Positions 58,781 through 64,000 of a stretch of 64,000 nt of DNA are shown in pieces (the first letter of the stretch is position 1; the number at the start of each line of letters is the position of its first letter). The notes below the pieces were generated by a model. The model made no database searches. It was not told where the DNA came from and saw nothing but the letters and a program-made list of their open reading frames with translations. Source of the stretch: Octopus sinensis. Its lineage: Eukaryota. Both the position numbers and the translations under genes were made by a program. The stretch covers positions 47,306,001-47,370,000 of the forward strand of contig NC_043002.1 of NCBI RefSeq assembly GCF_006345805.1. Direction: 5' to 3'.

Positions 58781-58967
58781 CCAAGAAATTTATACTCGGA
58801 CATTAAGACAACACATCAGCACAAATCAAACCAAAGAAAGAAGTACGCCGGAAATGAAAGTCATACAATGTATCTTAATCCAGAATTCTGAAAGCAACAT
58901 AGCCAATAACATTTTATTTCATAACACACCAAAAATAACGGTTTTCTGTTCTTGATTCTTGATAGAA

Positions 58968-59155
58968 AAATTATTTTGCATTTTCTTCCAGAATAGACTG
59001 TTTCCGTCTAGCAAGAATCTTAAACGTGGAATAAATTCTTAAGTAGTTTTCTTATCACTTGATCCACATTTGCTTTGCAACTTGATATTATGAGAAAGCT
59101 TGGATTTTTTAAACTCTTCAAACCATCTCTCGAGGCTTGAAAATCTAGGATTAAA
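58968..59155 (-). repeat. Inverted duplicate of 57772-57956
   Basis: Reverse-complement match with scattered mismatches. Confidence 0.8.
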
Positions 59156-59384
59156 GGATAAAAATGTTAATATTGTTGTCAAGGTTTGGCATAACGCACC
59201 TTTTTTCATGATAAAGTTCTCAAAGCAATTTCTTCTGTTGTTTTTAATGTTTATCTATTTATTTATATAGTAAGTCCTCTGGACATTGCTGTCTAGATCC
59301 ATAGGACTCATAGCGTTGGCTACCTAGTTTCCATGGGTTATAAGTAACCGAGATTACAAAAATTTCATCTAAATTGGACGCAAT

Positions 59385-59527
59385 TTGTTATTCATTTATA
59401 GCTGAATGAACTGGAGCAACAAGAAACGAAGCTTTTTGTTCAAGAACAAAACACACTGTCCGGCCGGTCTGGATAATGAAAACCACGATATTGCGATTGT
59501 AAATGCAACACCCTAACCATTTGGTCA
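59385..59527 (-). mobile_element. Degraded SINE head
   Basis: Minus strand tggttagggtgttgc..gtggtttc, a tRNA-like head. Confidence 0.45.
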
Positions 59528-60027
59528 GATTTACCCCATGTTTATTTGCTTCCATTACTGGTTACATACTTTTGTGAACTACATCTGCCAATATCACGAA
59601 GTAACTCTGAACCCTTAGAAAGAGGTGTCGAATTTGTAACACCATATCTTCTCCCCATTAATTTTCTGTGTCTTTGTACTCTGTTTAAGTTTACTCTGTT
59701 AATATATAAATATCTATATATTTATACTTAAATATTCATCATCTGCAAGTTTTACGTTTTTGCTCTCATTCTCTCTATTTACATGTGTGTGCGTACGTGC
59801 GTGTGTAATCCAAGCAGTTTTATTCGTTTGTTTGCATCACTATCTCCATGACTGCTCACCTGGATTCCTCCTGCAGGTACTCTTTATTCTGAAGGCTTGG
59901 TCCTCGGTAACGATTTCGGAGTGCAAGTTCAAATCATTTGAGCACTACGAAGTGCTTTCTATAAACATCACTGCATCTCATCTGTTAACTATACATACAT
60001 ACATACATACATACATACATACATACA

Positions 60028-60059
<32 letters not shown>

Positions 60060-60061
60060 CA

Positions 60062-60159
<98 letters not shown>

Positions 60160-60165
60160 CGTACA

Positions 60166-60563
60166 TAATTATGAAAATATAATTATGATTAAGGGCGCTG
60201 GAATGCCAACGCCTATACGCTAGATGTCAAATGTCTACAATCCACTCTAAATTTGTTCTCTGTTTACAACCCAAGGCCGAATGCAAGGTAATGAGCAAGA
60301 AGATTTACAGATTTCGGATAATCCTATATCTTAAGATTTCGTGCTCTGTAATAAAGATTACTTTACACTCCTCAGTACAGATATACCGACAATATATAAC
60401 AGAACAATACATATACATATCTTCTTGCTCATAACCTCGCATTCAGCCTTGGGTTGTAAATAGAGAACAAATTTCGAGTGGATTGTAAACATTTGACATC
60501 TACTTTCAACGTATCGGTGTTGGCATTCCAGTGCCCTTAATTATAATCATATTTTTATAATCA
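60166..60563. repeat. Inverted repeat (arms ~60166-60304 / 60419-60563, ~114-bp spacer) next to (TA)n
   Basis: aagggcgctggaatgccaac...gagcaagaagat / atcttcttgctc...gttggcattccagtgccctt. Confidence 0.8.
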
Positions 60564-60657
60564 TATACTTAAAAATAAATTTTACCGATATAGTATTTTG
60601 TTATATAGTAGCCACTGATATAAACATAGTTCAAAGTAGTTATGATAAAAGACAGAA

Positions 60658-60736
60658 TGTTTTACATCTGTTTTTAGAATAACCAGGCATGTGGATCATA
60701 GTATTGAATAAAGATTGTATTCCGTCATCGGAGACA
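60658..60736 (-). ncRNA. Degenerate long-stem-II hammerhead with CCGATGA core
   Basis: Minus strand: TGTCT-CCGATGA-cGGAATA...TATTCT-aaaaa-CAGATG-TA-AAACA. GAAA and stems I/III are mutated. Confidence 0.4.
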
Positions 60737-61597
60737 GAGAAGTTAGAGAATACAGAAATAGAGAATATCCCCAATCGGGGATATTAACACTTTCCAGTTC
60801 GTCGAAAAATGAAGGACCAGAATAACAAGTATATGTTTCTGGAAGTTCCATAATTAAATAATAAAGTTATAAGTGTATATATGTCCAACTCCATCAATCT
60901 TCAATTTTTTATTATAAAACACTAATAAAATTGGATCACTTTTCCTCACTTATCTTTTAAGCTGTTCCTAAGAATGGCCTACACTCATAAACCACTCTCT
61001 TTGTTCCTCGCACCCCATTCTCTCTCACTCAGTACCACATACGCACACAGACACATTCTCTCTCACAGATACACAACAGATTCTCTCTCTTACATGCACA
61101 TATATTTTCCCTCACACACAAACATCTCACTTTCTTTGTTTCTGTGTCTGTGTCTCTCTCACTTTTTCACGCACACAAACACATGCACACAGATATTGTA
61201 CAGAAGCGATTTATAAAGATGTTTCAGTTTTGTCTCTTTAATAAAGTTTGTCATTTTATCCCCGTTATCTCCAGTTGAGCACACTTAAGGTTAAGGGCAC
61301 TCAACCAATAGCCATCTTAATTTTTTCTGACATGTTTTCCTGTACTACATTATACAATCAGCTTCACTTATTAACATAGAAAAATATGATCTCAGGGAGA
61401 TTTAGCAACCATATAAAGGCTAATTTTTAATAGAGTTTTGTCAAATTTTCATCTCTTTAGTCAGCTCAACTATAATTATTTAACATGTTATTACATGTCT
61501 AAATATTTTACTAGCTTTAATGGATCATTTTGTATATAAAACTGACAAAAAATCCATAATGAAAGAGAAGTTTGAACATGTCGATAAGGAATATATT

Positions 61598-62046
61598 GCT
61601 TTCAAATTTGGAACAAGGACAGCAAGTTTGGGGGAAGGGGTATGACGCTTACATCGACCCCAGTACTCGATTGTTACTTGTATTATCGACCTCGAAAAAA
61701 TGAAAGGAAAAGTCGACCTTAGTCTTATTTTGAACTTAAAATGTAAAGATGTACAAAATGTCGCGAAGCATTTTACCGGACGTGCAAACTATTTTGCCAG
61801 CTAGCCTCCGTGGGCGTTAAGACTATATTTCTTTCTATTATAGATACAAGTCCTCAAAACTTTTTAGGCACGGGCGGGTTAGTCAGTCACATCGAGCCCG
61901 GTGTTCCTCTGTACTTATTTTATCGGCCGCGAGAAAATGAAAGGCAAAGTCGACATCGGCAGAGTTTGAAATCAGAACGTAAAGACGGATGAAATGCTGC
62001 TAAGCATTTTGTCCGGCGTGCTAACGATTCTACCAGTTCGCCGCCT
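61598..62046 (-). mobile_element. Two adjacent SINE family B copies (61598-61808, 61828-62046)
   Basis: Both match 8168-8381. Head ggcggcgaactggtagaatcgttagc. Confidence 0.75.
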
Positions 62047-62289
62047 TCGGTAATGAATATGTTAAGATAAATCTGAACATTTAAGTAAATTGTTATTCTT
62101 TCAGTTTCATTAGAAATAAAATTCTTACTTGTTTCATTTGTTAAATCGAGGCCATGTTGGGGCACACCATTGAAAAGTTTAGATGTGCAATCTGACTACG
62201 GTACTTAATTTGTTCTTTTTCAAATCCAGGCATTTTGTCTATCAAACCTATATTACTGAACTACAAAATAACGGAGATATAAACAAACA

Positions 62290-63089
62290 GCAGTTGTCAA
62301 GCTGTTTCCAGGACCTCAATGTAGGCGGTAGAGTTAACTATAAGGCTTTGCGGAAAGAAGTAAGGAGGTATCACATGCCCTTCATTGCTGACAACCCCTA
62401 AAACCATGACAGTTGTAGGAAATTTTGTATGCATAACATTTGGAACTTCAGAAGGGTCTGAACATAACCATTTGTCATTTCTTCTGTTAACTTTTTGACA
62501 TTGGTCGAAGCTTTTCTCGTTCGAAAAAAACCTAATCAAATCTTATTCTGCCGGATTTTTCAGTTTGTTTAAGAACATTTTAGATCTGATATAGTGATTT
62601 TCTTTTGCTTTTTTTTTTTTTTTGACAAATGGATCTTTCTCCTCATCATATAAGACTTATATCTGATGTCTTCGCGGACAACATTTCTGACTGTTCCTTC
62701 TGCAATTTCTGACTGTTCCTTTTGCAATTGACCTTATGGACTTTCTGGAATTGTAATCAATGGTCTGTTGAACTTGCTGGGTAAATTCAAGTGTTTTGGT
62801 GATTTCAGAGCGTATATAATGCTTTTTATGCTTTGATACTGGTGATACGTTTTCATCTTCAGTCTCTAACTCCTTACAAACTTTGCAGACGAAAGATCTG
62901 GTAACTTTTAAAAATCGAGATATTTCTGAATCGTTATGATCAGCCTTTTTTAACCACAATAACAACATGCCTTTTCATTTCTTGAGTAAGCTGAGGGTCT
63001 GCCATTATTATTTTCTGAAACCAAGATCATACAGTTAGCGAAAACAGTTATGACCCCAAAAATGTATGCCCTCAAATACCTTACGCATC

Positions 63090-63093
<4 letters not shown>
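62290..63093 (-). mobile_element. Tc1/mariner-superfamily (maT/DD37D-like) transposase remnant, 5' part
   Basis: N-terminal HTH (SEISRFLKVTRSFV), FFSNEK, and TKFPTTVMVLGVVSNEGHVIPPYFF..N..AY. Confidence 0.7.
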
Positions 63094-63167
<74 letters not shown>

Positions 63168-63199
63168 TATGTGTTTATGTATAGGTATATGAATCAGTA

Positions 63200-63392
63200 G
63201 CACGCCAGGCGAAATGCTAAGCGGTCTCGTCTGCAGCTACGTTCTGAGTTAAAATTTTTCCGAGGTTGACTTTGCCTTTCGTCTTTTTGAGTTCGATGAA
63301 ATAAGTACCAGTTAAGCACTTGGGTCGATGTAATCGACTAGCTCCCTTCCTCCCAAAATTTTCAAGGCCTTGTACCTAGATTAGAAACAATT
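63200..63392 (+). mobile_element. SINE (family B)
   Basis: Plus-strand homologue of 8168-8381. Confidence 0.7.
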
Positions 63393-63400
63393 ATAGGGTA

Positions 63401-64000
63401 CTAGCAGTATAGAACGGCTTTGCTCGAGATTAAGTTAGGATTATTTAGCTAATCAAGCTCTATATTTCAAAGCAAACTAAGTAACATCGACGTCAAATTT
63501 GAGTGAAATCCGTTGAAATTGGTAAATTTTTGGCTGAAAATTTGCAGACTATTTGATTGGAAAATCCCATGAGGAATCGGTTTATCGATTTTTCCCCTCA
63601 TCGATTGTTTTTTGTTTTTTCGTTTTTGGAGAACTTAAAGTATTCATAGATCCATTGAGTTTTAAGTAATGCTGGCATCAAGTTTGAACAAAATACATCA
63701 AAATTGCTAGACGTTATGGTTGAAAATGGGGTGTAGCCAATTTTAGTGGGAAGTCCTATAAGGAATCGGTTTATCGATTTTTTAAATTCTGATTAAATGG
63801 AAAACCCCATAAGGAATCAGTTTATTGATTTTTCACCCCAAATAGGACTTAACCGAACATTGCTGATTCAAAAACATCTATATTTATACTTTAAAGTTGG
63901 TTTTCATACCCAACCCAATTCTGCAGAATCAGTGTCGTGACGGGAGCGCATGGGTTGGGAGTTTGATCAGCAGAGGTGATCAGGTTGCATATGTCAACCC
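63401..64000 (-). mobile_element. Helitron-like 3' end on minus strand, extends past window
   Basis: Minus strand ...ctcgagcaaagccg..tactgCTAG, like the ends at 55947 and 56977. Contains three internal copies of ~30-bp aaatcccat.aggaatcggtttatcgattttt. Confidence 0.6.

Noticed and set aside
63560-63835. Three ~30-bp spaced repeats resembling a CRISPR array
   Set aside because: Irregular spacing, degenerate copies, eukaryotic context and no cas genes. They are internal repeats of a Helitron-like element.

Overview
AT-rich, repeat-saturated eukaryotic non-coding DNA. The tRNA-derived SINE families and very dense (TA)n/(CA)n/(TATG)n microsatellites resemble a cephalopod (Octopus-like) genome, but this taxon call is an inference. 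I found no host gene, and nearly all listed ORFs are microsatellite artefacts. The window holds decayed mariner, maT, Tigger and hAT DNA transposons, a Helitron cluster (Pif1 fragment plus a 515-bp head-to-tail trimer), R4/Dong, HERO-like, Tx1-like and CR1 LINE remnants, and SINEs. The main discovery is a set of Penelope-like-element (PLE) type inserts in (TA)n tracts that carry minimal type I hammerhead ribozymes (HHRs) with a palindromic stem III. About nine apparently distinct sequence families are visible. Several have a very long stem II (50-100 nt) and a recurrent non-canonical CCGANGA core (U4->C). Many inserts are head-to-head fold-back palindromes with 0-1 nt spacers, the largest being a tandemly duplicated ~3.7-kb palindrome of a GIY-YIG PLE 3' half. 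All folds and alignments were read by eye, and ribozyme activity is untested.
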